Of a DNA stretch of 64,000 nt, positions 51,601 through 59,569 are shown piece by piece. Location: NCBI GenBank assembly GCA_013239625.1, contig MU053487.1:2563058-2627057 (forward strand), read 5' to 3'. This DNA comes from Lama guanicoe (lineage: Eukaryota). Position 1 is the first letter of the stretch; each line of letters starts with the position of its first letter. Made by a program: the position numbers and the translations under genes. The notes beneath the pieces were generated by a model. That model worked only from the letters and a program-made list of their open reading frames with translations. It was not told the origin of the DNA and searched no databases.

Positions 51601-54600
51601 TGTTGACCTTTGAAGGCTTCTGCTGTGGAAAAGAGGCCATAATACTATTTTTAGTAGAATTGGGACCTAGAACAGGTGTAGCTGAACTCTGCTGAGGGGT
51701 GAGAGTCCAAATTTCTGGAAGTGACCTTTCCATTAGCTGCGGAGTATCTTCAGAGGCCTTCTTAGTGTGATGTTTTTAAGGTTCATCCATGTTGCGGCAT
51801 GTATCAGTATTTCACTCCTTTTTATGGCTGCATAATATTTCATTATATGGATAATACCACATTTTGTTTATTGATTCATCAGTTGATGAATGTCTGGGTG
51901 GTTTCTACCTTTTGACTGTTGTGAATACTGTTGCTGGGAACATTGTTTACAAGTTTTTGTTTGAACACCTGTTTCCAGTTCTTTGGGTTATACACCCAGG
52001 AGTGGAATTGCTAAATCCTATGATAATTAAATGTTTAACTTTTTGAGGAACCACCAAACTATTTTATATTGTGGGCACCATTTTACATTCTCATTAGCAA
52101 AGTATAAGAATTTCAATTTCTCCACATCTTCCCCAGCAGTTTTTGATTATAGCTATCCTGGTTAGTATGAAGTGGTGTCTCATTATGGTTTTAATTTATA
52201 TTTCCCTAATGACTAATGAGTATCTTCTTTGCAGCAATGTCTATTCAAGTCCTTTACTCATTTTTCAGTTAGGTTATTTGCTTTTTTCTTGTTGAATTTT
52301 TAGTGTTCCTTATATATTCTGGATACAAATCCCTTATTATATATATGGTTTGCAATTATTTTCTCCCATACTGTGGGCTGTCTTTTCACTTTGTTGATTA
52401 TGTCCTTTGGGGCACAAAAGATTTACTTTTAACAAAGCCCAGTTTATATGTTTTTTGCTTTTTGTTGTCTGTGCTTTCAGTGTCACATCTAAGGAACCAT
52501 ATGTATTAATTTTATTTGCCTGTATTCAGCATTAAAACAATCTTGTGGCTACAGCAGTCCTTTTTTAATATGTATGATTTCTATATGAATCTCATGATAT
52601 AATTGGGATGTTTGTTATTTTTAGATTCACAACTTAGAAGATCGTTTGAAGAAATATGAAAAGAATGTATATGCAACAACTGTGGGGACACCTTACAAAG
52701 GTAGGAGTGATCGCTCATGTTACTTTGTGGTTATTTCATATTAGTTGACTTATGGATGATTTTTATGTTTATCTTTGCTAATCTAAGTCTTTGCAATGAA
52801 TATATTTTAACTTTTGTAATTCACCAATAATAGCTAGCTTTCTGGAAAAAATGGTAGTAATCTAAAGCAAAATTAATGCATATTTGTTGTTAAAAAAAAA
52901 ATCGAACAGTGCTACAATGTGTAAGTGAAACTGCAGATTCCCACTTCATTCTCCACTGTCCATATGGACCTAGTTTACAACTTACGTATATGTTTCCGGA
53001 CTCTTCTGTGTGCTCACAAATATTTATGTAATCCACTGCATGCACTCTTACAAACACAGTTATATATTGTAGATGCTTCTGGGTTGTTGTTGTTTTACTA
53101 GTTTACAGTAATGCGTAATCACTGTTTTTAAACCAGGATTTGAGGAGAAAATAATTTCATAAAAATACTTATTTCAAGGTGGGGAAGGGTGATTTGGAAA
53201 TATTCTCTTGACTTGAATTATGTATGCTGCTTACAGAGGGTTTTAAAGATGAGCTTGAGTCTTTATGTAGTTGTTCCCTTGAGACAGTCATGATCTTTGA
53301 ATAATCTCAAAACAATTTTCTATTCTCAGTTTCACTGCCTCATTGCATTAAAAATAGTTTGATTTTGTTAAATGTTTTGTAAAGCTTTCTGCTTTTTCAT
53401 GTTAAGACTCTAGGGCTTGAATCTAAGCTATTTCACATTCTTTTGTGTTTCTGAAAGCTCTTGCTTATTGTTATTCAGTAACATAAGGTATTATACAATT
53501 GTTAATTAAACAAGGATTGACTTTAGATTCTTTCCAAAATGCACTTCAAAAAGAAGTGAAAACCAACTTGGAAATTTCCTTTGGCTCTTTGCAGAGAAGA
53601 TCCCCGCTACAAAGGTTATTTGCCGTAGCTAAGTCAACATACGTGATTCTTAGCATAGAACTGCTGAAGCCATGCTCCATGCTCAGCAGTGCATGGAGAA
53701 TAGTATTGACTCTTTTTTTTTCAGTTTGAACTTTAGAATTTCATGCATAATTTTCCTTTTTTCTCAGTTCTAAATTGTAAAATGAACACATATGTACAAT
53801 TTTAAAAATAACCAACACACATGTAATACCAAGTGCTAAGTACTGTTATAAAACACATTTTGAATGTTAACTCATTTAATCCTCTCAACAATCCAAGCAA
53901 TCTGGTTGAATATGCACATTAATCTCTTCACCATGCTTCTTTAAAGAGTAAAGCGAGCACCCACCATGCAGGAAGAAAACATTACCAGTTCTTTAGAAGC
54001 CTGTGTGTGTCCCTCTATAGTAATATCTATTCCTCTAGTGACAGTATACGGTTCGTATACCTGAACTGTATTTATTCTTTATTTTTAGATTGAAATGGAA
54101 CTTACAAGATGAACCGTAATTTTTTTATGACAGTCTTTTTAAGACGTTGAATCAAAGACTTTGAAAACCACTATAATGATGTTAATATTTCATGCATTTT
54201 CAAGTTATTTTATTTACCTTGTGTTTCAAAACAGTGTAGAAAACTTGATTTAAACTTTGGTGCTTTTACATTTGGAAAACTAGAAAAGCTGAAATACTAT
54301 TCTGAGCTACTAAACTCCTTAATAAAATAAAAATGATTGTATTTTAGTCATTGTAGAACATCTGCAGCCAACCATGTAATCTTAAGAGAGAAACACCAAT
54401 TTTAAGGAATCTTTGTATTCCACAGGTATAGTCTTTTAATATTGTCTTGCCTGAAGAAGGAGGAGGAGAAGGGCAGGGCTGGGGAGATATGAGAAATAAA
54501 GTTGCTATAATAATTCTTGTTTTCTCTCCCAAGGGGAAAATATGGAATGCTTGGTGTATATGTAATGTACTGCACTACAGTACATCGAATATAATACAGT

Positions 54601-57600
54601 TAATTCAAGAGTAATGCCTCTCTCCTTGTTCCTTTGATTGCTTTTTAATTTGCCTTTTCCTAAGTAATAAGTAGCTTATCTGGCTTTGTCTTTACAGTTT
54701 GGTCTGTTTTTTTATTTGGCAGGTGGCAATTTGTACCGTACCGACGTCTCGCTCTTTGGAGAACCTACCGAGTTTGAGTATTTGCGAAAAGTGCTTTTTG
54801 AGTACATGATGGGTCGTGAGACTAAGGTATAAATCATGTCTGGTGATTTGGCGTGTGGTTTAATTTAAAAGGAAATATGTGCCCTTTTCAATATACATGT
54901 TAATGCATGTTTACTATTAGCAGACCATACATGCTAATAGTAGGCAAGAGGTAATATTGTTATTGCTCTTAGTTTAAAGTGAATGGGCAGATCTTGCTTA
55001 TATTTGTTACATTTATAAAATGTTCATTTAAAAAATACTGTTGGATGATACTAAATGCTAAAAATCAAAATTTCATTAACTTGATATTTTCTGAGATATG
55101 TAGCTATTTTTATTTTCTACTTCAGATCTTAGAAGTTAGGAGAATAGATTTCATTTCCATGGAGGCCTTGGGATAGTGTAGATAGTATTGGAAATGCTCA
55201 TGATTAAGAATGACTATGTAAGGATATTTAGAAACATTTTACTTCAGTCACTATATGTAAGAAGGTTGTTCTTGCACATATGGAATATTGGTCATTTAAA
55301 CGTAACCACAGTGTGTCAGTAAAAATGCTTGGCTAACTTGTTTCCTAGAATATTAAATTTATTATAAGGTCCTTGAGTGTAGAGTTTTGTTTTATTGTTA
55401 TTTGTGTCCCTTGCAGTGTTTTAAAAAGACATTTGTATTGGACATTTAGTAAATACATTTTTAATTGAATTGAATGCATTTAGGGAAATTCATGAGCCTT
55501 TCTTCAAACAAATTTTTTCATTTGAAGCAATTTCTGTTTCTGACATTGCTTCAGCTTTCTGCCTTCAGGAACTTTTACATTACCCGTAGATGTTGGCCCA
55601 GAATGGGATAATGAGTTTTCTATACTTAGAAACATTCAGTATTTTAATTTATGGGTCTGTGGTGGTTCCTGAGTGCTAAGCCAGGTCAGGGATTGATTTG
55701 GCAAATGTATTTGAAACATAAAAAGTAAGGGCATAATAAAAATCTCTTTAAAGAATATTACGAATTTATGGATTTTAAGTTAGCTGAACACCAGGAGTTA
55801 CAGGGCTAGAAGTCATTTGAATCCCTGATCCTATAGAAATCTAATTTCATTGTATCGGAGAGTTCAAATTAAAGTAATATCTAGTGTGATCCTGAACATG
55901 CGTCATGGGAGGGATAAATTCACAGTAATTCCGGGCCTTTTCTTAAGGACTTTTTTTTTTTTAATTCAAAGGATAGCTAAAACTAATTTCTCCTTATCTT
56001 TTAAAAACAAAGCTAATGAAACATGACTTTCTCTTATTATGCCTTTTTTGGAGAACAGCCTGTGTTTGAGGTGGGATAGGTAAAGTTCCCTCGTTATTGC
56101 AGGGAAGGAGGAAAGGCATATCTTTAAGAAAAATAGCCTCTCAGAACTTAAGCTGCTTTGGTTCATTCATGAATCTAAGGCTGTGATCCCAGGGTTATTG
56201 CTAAATAAATTATTTAGCCTCTTCTCAATCTGCAAAATGAAGAGGGTGTGACTGCCTCACCCTGTGTCTTGTGGAGGTTGCAAACGTGGGTGGGGTGAGG
56301 TCCCTGCAGAGTCTGAGTCTGGAAGAAAGGCCCAGCACAGCACGAGGTACATTCTGAGGCGGTGCCAGTGCAGCCCGGTCTGAGCTTGTGCCTTCAGGGC
56401 TGTGCAGGTCCTCACTCTGCAGGCTGTGACCAGGGAGACAGCTGAAAGGGAGTTCTTGTGGCCCTGGCAGCCCCATCTACTACGTGCCTGGGAACCCGTG
56501 GTGAGGAGGCTCTGTTTGTCTTCAGCAGTCAGTGTTCTTTTCTGGTTACTGAAAATGAGTAGTCTTTCATTCTGCCATCACATTTTACAGGTAAATTGTG
56601 AAAATTGGTAGCAGATATTTAGTTTAATTTATTGCGTATTTATTGAGTACTTACTACATGTGGCCCTTTGTTTATCATCAAATGGACAGGAAGATGAAAA
56701 TTGACACTACCTCTAACATTACGGTGTTTAAAATATAGTGAGAAAGTGGAGCTGTCCTCACGAAGCAGAGTACGACAGAATGAGTGTAGCAGGGGCTCTT
56801 CAGAGAGGCACAGGGGCCTCATGTTTACTTGAGGAGGGTCAGGGGCATCGTGGAGAAGGAGGGGTGTGTACAGGCCTTGAAAAGGGGGCTTGGCTTTTGA
56901 TGGATGAGCTCAGACAGGAGGAAAGCCCAGACAGAAGGTCTGAGACAGGAAGTTGAGTGTGGGTTTTGGAATGACGAGTAGTCCCCTCCAAGCAGAACGC
57001 TCATCTGTGAGGTGGAAGTGACTCCGCTTAGGGCTGCACAGAGTGCGGAGGGTCTGGAGTGTTTTCAGAGTTTTACCTGTAGGTTATTGAGAGGTAGCCC
57101 TGAACGTTTTTGAGCAAGGGGTTGACAAGATCAGAGCTGTTTCTAGACATACCGTTTGTTGATTTGCCCAATTTGTATACATTAGCAAAGAATTTGAAAT
57201 GGAGACCCAGTTGTAGTTTTAGAATGAGCTGGAGTGTACTGTGGCTTCTGTGATTTGATCACCATCTGCAGTTGTTTCTTGTCTAGCGGGATCTGTATGT
57301 CATCCCACCTGTCTTTCTTCATCGGCTTTTGCACATAGTGTTCCTTATTTTTTGAGGCAGAGGATTTGTTTTTCAGACCACATGTATGACATACATTCTT
57401 ATAGTACGAAGTTAAGGAAGCTCCTCTTCTTTCTTCTGTCCTTGCACTTTCTTTTTCTTGGGTTTTGATCCTCCATGTTATTACTGATACTGAAATTCAG
57501 CCTGTTCTCCTTTTCAGTATAAAGTATTTCTCATTCTAACCTTTACTGAAGCCTCTCCCTAACGAATACCTGGCAGGAGAGTCCACTTCTCAACCAAGTT

Positions 57601-59569
57601 GCTCATTTGAACTTGTCCTCACTTCCCAGGGCCTGAGGATATTGTATGTAGAGTAGACAGTCGGATTTCTTTCCCATGGTATGGCAAAGAGCCTGGGCTT
57701 CCCATAAAAGTGTTTTCTGGTAAGCCAGCAACGAGCTTTCAGTCTTTACTGGCTGCATATTCAGCATCACTGATGAATTTAGAGGTGGGTTTCCCATTTA
57801 ACATTGTCTCCAAATGTGAATAGGCAAGTAGCCAGTTCTTTTTTTTTTTCTGCCAAGACATGCTCATACATACATGAATATGTGGTTTCATAGTGAAAAT
57901 AAATGGACTTTTGGGTACTTTGAATTTGATAGCTTTTGAAATTGAAAGAAATGTTCCCTATAATTGTGAATCCCAGAATTTTAGATTTTTGGTACTACCT
58001 AAAAACAGTCTTCATAGATAGTATACTAGAAACCACTTTAAAATTCCAGGGAGCTAATAAAAAGAGTACTGAAGTAGTTACTACTTCATAGTTCTCTTGC
58101 TGTTTGACACCACATGTCTGCTTGGTTTCTCGACTTGAGTTTAGCACAGAAGATTCTGTTCTATCTAGGCAATACTAGGATGAGAGTTTTTGTGAAATGC
58201 TATCGAATTCTCCTAGAACTAAGTTGTTTAAACAGTATTTTTTTGATCATCAAGTTGGCAGAGGCCAAGATAAAAGCAAGGAAGAGGGCTGAAACAAAAA
58301 TCTTGCAAAAATCTTTATGGGGTTTTTGGTTGAGAAATATTAGTTGATATGTTAGTTGAAGTGAGTTTTAGAAATTTGTAAAGTCCCTTGCCTAGGCTTA
58401 GCGCATAATAGGAGTTTGAATGCCATTAGTTCCTTTTCTTCCTGGAAATAATTACACTTTTTTTCCAATGATGTGAGTTCCTAAAATTTTCGATTAACTC
58501 TATTATGTCGTCTTTTTCTCAGTGACCTTCTGCAGTCACCCCTCCCCCCCAACACACACACACACAGTCTGGTGACTGTGAACAAAGCATGTTAGAGTCA
58601 GTTCTCTGAGTGAGCCTCCCATCCTCTGTAGTCCTCTCCTGCTACAGAGACTAGTACCACTGGTCCTCAGGAAAGCACTGATGCCTGAATTTGTATGTAA
58701 GCACTAAACTTGTTATCCTACTCATTTCATAAGTGCTATCTTCTTTCCTCTCTGTCTCCCTCAAAACATCTCATCTTGATACAAAATAGGGAATTTCAAC
58801 CTTTGAGGAGAATTTTCCACGAGCTTATGGGTGACAGTCTGACTTACGGTATATTTATTTAGATCTGCACAGTTTATGATCTTGTTTTGCAAGCCACCAT
58901 GTGTAATGTTTTGATTCATTCTGTTTTCTACCAAACAAAGCATCTTGTGTTTATTTAAAATGTAATTTGTATTTTTATTAGGCTGATGTGCTGCATGTCT
59001 TAAAAAAATACCTATAAGCATGTTCATGCTCATGCAGTAGCCCGTGTTTATGAGATATATGATGTGATTTAGTTCAGGCTGAGCTTGGGAGTATCCAATT
59101 CTGATTATTTAGAGCATATGTTTTGGCAATACAATACTTACTGGATAGATTTCTGCAAATAAAAAGCCTTATAAAATGAATGAGTAACAAAGTTTTAAGT
59201 CTTACTAAGACAAAGGGCCAAGAGCATTAGAACTTTATATAGCTTCATGCTATTGTAAATGCATCTTCTTCAAATAATATCAACCTAGACGTTGTGAGGG
59301 GTTCTTTCAAATTGAAATTCTAGTGCTGGCTGTCATTTCCTTGTCTAATACCTTCACATCATACTTCTTTGGTCATGGCTTCCATTGAGAGCACTAAAGA
59401 ATCCCACCAGCAGAACATGTCAGAATGGGTTGAGACCTCATCTGCTTCACTGTCTAGTGATGGCCTCTTATCTTTCTTGTAGACCATGGCAAAGGTTATA
59501 ACCACTGTACTGAAGTTTCCTGATGATCAGACTCAGAAAATTTTGGAAAGAGAAGATGCTCGGCTAATG
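3603..59569 (+). CDS. GOLGA4: GOLGA4 (golgin-245/p230), internal part of a spliced CDS, 21 exons; start and stop lie outside the window
   Basis: Exon translations match recalled golgin-245 (…[23 protein letters not shown]… to …[48 protein letters not shown]). All junctions are GT-AG and phase-compatible; total 6567 nt. Confidence 0.97.
5590..5790 (-). mobile_element. MIR SINE
   Basis: ccccatttcac…gaaac…gaggttaggtaacttggtcagggtca…atttgaactcaggcag, reversed MIR core. Confidence 0.6.
7542..7856 (+). CDS. GOLGA4: Exon, 315 nt, [10 protein letters not shown]…GKCSE
   Basis: ttgcag|TCA … GAG|gtagga; lies within ORF 7491..7868. Confidence 0.95.
9870..10040. mobile_element. MER5-like hAT fragment
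   Basis: atcactggagagcttgttaaaa…gggcggggcccaagaatt…ctaggtggtgctg motifs. Confidence 0.5.
10357..10404 (+). CDS. GOLGA4: Exon, 48 nt, [16 protein letters not shown]
   Basis: ttttag|CTT … CAA|gtaagt. Confidence 0.93.
11311..11426 (-). mobile_element. tRNA-Ala-derived SINE (Vic-1-like, camelid)
   Basis: Minus strand reads TAGCTCAGTGG (A box) … GGTTCAAACCCCAGTACCTCCA (B box) plus an A-rich tail; TSD ATATTTTCTT at 11301-11310 and 11427-11436. Confidence 0.85.
11765..11821 (+). CDS. GOLGA4: Exon, 57 nt, [19 protein letters not shown]
   Basis: taaag|GGT … GAG|gtaagt. Confidence 0.93.
12014..12329 (+). mobile_element. Tigger1-derived internally deleted TcMar DNA transposon
   Basis: Ends TAGGCAGACCTCGTTTTAT… and …CCAAAGTATGCCTG resemble the recalled Tigger1 termini; TA dinucleotides on both sides. 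Confidence 0.8.
16594..16692 (+). CDS. GOLGA4: Exon, 99 nt, [10 protein letters not shown]…SVLQTQ
   Basis: ttttag|GAG … CAG|gtaaag. Confidence 0.95.
16840..16985 (-). mobile_element. tRNA-Ala-derived SINE (Vic-1-like)
   Basis: ggaggtactgggaattgagcctaggacctc…ctctaccactgggctacac; flanked by TTTTAAGGATA on both sides. Confidence 0.85.
17219..17348 (+). CDS. GOLGA4: Exon, 130 nt, [12 protein letters not shown]…DVEAG (phase 0-1)
   Basis: ttttag|GTT … GAG|gtaagc. Confidence 0.92.
17481..17872 (-). mobile_element. Solo LTR, ERV1-like
   Basis: TGTTAAA…TTTAGCA termini, about 390 bp, 4-bp near-TSD gatg/tatg. Family and orientation judged by resemblance only. Confidence 0.6.
18831..19018 (+). CDS. 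GOLGA4: Exon, 188 nt, (V)[10 protein letters not shown]…ELEKMK (phase 1-0)
   Basis: caatag|TG … AAG|gtaaaa; lies within ORF 18821..19063. Confidence 0.94.
19305..19388 (+). CDS. GOLGA4: Exon, 84 nt, [28 protein letters not shown]
   Basis: ttttag|GAG … AAG|gtaaaa. Confidence 0.94.
21571..21718 (+). CDS. GOLGA4: Exon, 148 nt, [10 protein letters not shown]…KSERA (phase 0-1)
   Basis: gtttag|GGA … CTG|gtaaga. Confidence 0.95.
21895..22019. mobile_element. MER58-like hAT fragment
   Basis: cagaggttgagaaaccgtggcc…tttattatctagtcctttgtagaaaatgtttgtggaccactg resembles the recalled MER58A ends. Confidence 0.55.
23000..23190 (-). mobile_element. MIR SINE
   Basis: tttaatcctca…tattatcctcattttacaaataagaaa…tctgggcattttgaatccagagtctgtgcttttaacc. 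Confidence 0.55.
23426..23473. repeat. Perfect 24-bp tandem duplication
   Basis: TCTGGATGAGAAAGGCAGTCGGTT x2. Confidence 0.9.
24039..24176 (-). mobile_element. tRNA-Ala-derived SINE (Vic-1-like)
   Basis: Same head and ggggggaaggtaattag tail; perfect 13-bp TSD TATTTAGTTATCT at 24026-24038 and 24177-24189. Confidence 0.88.
24190..24370 (-). mobile_element. L1 3'-end fragment
   Basis: ttttaattgaggtatagttgatgtacaata…ttggctatattccctgtgctgtaca, typical of a reversed laurasiatherian L1 3' UTR. Confidence 0.7.
27506..27966. mobile_element. hAT-Charlie (Charlie1-derived) non-autonomous DNA transposon
   Basis: TIR-like ends CAGTGGTTTTCA … TGAAAACTGCTA; 8-bp TSD-like ctctagac / cattagac. Confidence 0.7.
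30364..30390 (+). CDS. GOLGA4: Candidate 27-nt in-frame microexon (D)LNLQQKLS(T), phase 1-1
   Basis: ttttccatttttttctttcccag|ATTTAAACCTTCAGCAAAAACTAAGCA|gtaagc; no stop; matches the phase of both flanking exons. Confidence 0.55.
31252..31330. repeat. Compound (GA)n(GT)n(GC)n(CA)n microsatellite
   Basis: gagagagagagtgtgtgtgtgtgcgcgcgcgcgcatgtgcgcacacacacatgtatac. Confidence 0.9.
32140..32318 (+). CDS. GOLGA4: Exon, 179 nt, (A)FEELEKALS…VVDVTK (phase 1-0)
   Basis: ttatag|CT … AAA|gtaaga. Confidence 0.95.
32480..34020 (-). mobile_element. Old L1 (L1M) fragment, approximate bounds
   Basis: Degenerate reversed L1 3' motifs such as gatggatattttggt, tcattgtagttttaatgtgcat, gtgaggtagggatccaactt. 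Confidence 0.55.
32713..32849 (-). mobile_element. tRNA-Ala-derived SINE (Vic-1-like) with (TTTG)n tail, inside an older L1 fragment
   Basis: ggaggtactggggattgaacccagggcctc…gagctataccctccccc; imperfect TSD cagaatttcattgcatg / cagaattgcattgtatg. Confidence 0.87.
34459..34587 (+). CDS. GOLGA4: Exon, 129 nt, [10 protein letters not shown]…MRAAL
   Basis: tttcag|AAA … CTT|gtaagt. Confidence 0.94.
34987..35115 (+). mobile_element. 5'-truncated L1 3' end with composite A tail
   Basis: …aacactgtaaactgactatacttcaattaaaaaaa; perfect 14-bp TSD GAATAAAAAATGAA at 34973-34986 and 35116-35129. Confidence 0.75.
36963..37118 (+). CDS. GOLGA4: Exon, 156 nt, EKSQSEYLK…AETYRT
   Basis: gcacag|GAA … ACT|gtaagt. 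Confidence 0.94.
38527..42770 (+). CDS. GOLGA4: Giant 4244-nt coiled-coil exon [11 protein letters not shown]…EMEEKI(K) (phase 0-2)
   Basis: taacag|AGA … CAA|gtaagt; uninterrupted E/K/Q/L-rich ORF 38551..42774. Confidence 0.97.
42811..42955 (-). mobile_element. tRNA-Ala-derived SINE (Vic-1-like)
   Basis: Same family sequence; imperfect TSD aagggagtcc / aaggcagtcc. Confidence 0.85.
43418..43545 (-). mobile_element. Short L1 3'-end insertion
   Basis: Poly(T) then ttattgaagtatagttagtttacaatgttgtg…; flanked by cctggtaact / cccggtaact. Confidence 0.65.
43630..43751 (+). CDS. GOLGA4: Exon, 122 nt, [10 protein letters not shown]…TIKETI (phase 2-1)
   Basis: actcag|A … TTG|gtaagt. Confidence 0.93.
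44146..44276 (+). CDS. GOLGA4: Exon, 131 nt, (D)KAQEVEAE…YEEILD (phase 1-0)
   Basis: tattag|AT … GAT|gtacct (weak donor, but required by frame). Confidence 0.9.
45777..45875. mobile_element. MER3/MER33-like hAT fragment
   Basis: cagcactgcccatcagaaata…ttttcttagtatccacattaaaaaaag. Confidence 0.5.
45984..46028. repeat. Perfect 20-bp tandem duplication
   Basis: GTCCCAGTGTCACTCCTCTA x2 followed by GTCCC. Confidence 0.9.
48518..48631 (+). CDS. GOLGA4: Exon, 114 nt, AREEEMTAK…NPGDDK
   Basis: ctaaag|GCT … AAG|gtgagc. Confidence 0.94.
48705..48895 (-). mobile_element. MIR SINE
   Basis: tttatagacagtgaaactaagattcagagaggttaaataa…caagctcacac. Confidence 0.55.
50539..50559 (+). CDS. GOLGA4: 21-nt microexon VTIMELQ
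   Basis: ttttag|GTCACAATTATGGAGCTACAG|gtaaga; matches the recalled 7-aa alternatively spliced segment of golgin-245. Confidence 0.9.
50734..50802 (+). CDS. GOLGA4: Exon, 69 nt, [23 protein letters not shown]
   Basis: tttcag|ACA … CAG|gtacac. Confidence 0.93.
51765..52500 (-). mobile_element. L1M 3' fragment
   Basis: ggttcatccatgttg…tttatggctgcataatatttcatt…ggagtggaattgct…gaggaaccaccaaact, classic reversed L1 3' region. Confidence 0.75.
52625..52700 (+). CDS. GOLGA4: Exon, 76 nt, [10 protein letters not shown]…GTPYK (phase 0-1)
   Basis: ttttag|ATT … AAG|gtagga. Confidence 0.94.
54723..54826 (+). CDS. GOLGA4: Exon, 104 nt, first half of the GRIP domain (…[22 protein letters not shown])
   Basis: tggcag|GT … AAG|gtataa; GRIP signature [10 protein letters not shown] of the ARL1-binding domain. 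Confidence 0.96.
59483..59569 (+). CDS. GOLGA4: Exon, 87 nt, second half of the GRIP domain [29 protein letters not shown]
   Basis: ttgtag|ACC … ATG|gtaagc. Confidence 0.96.
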
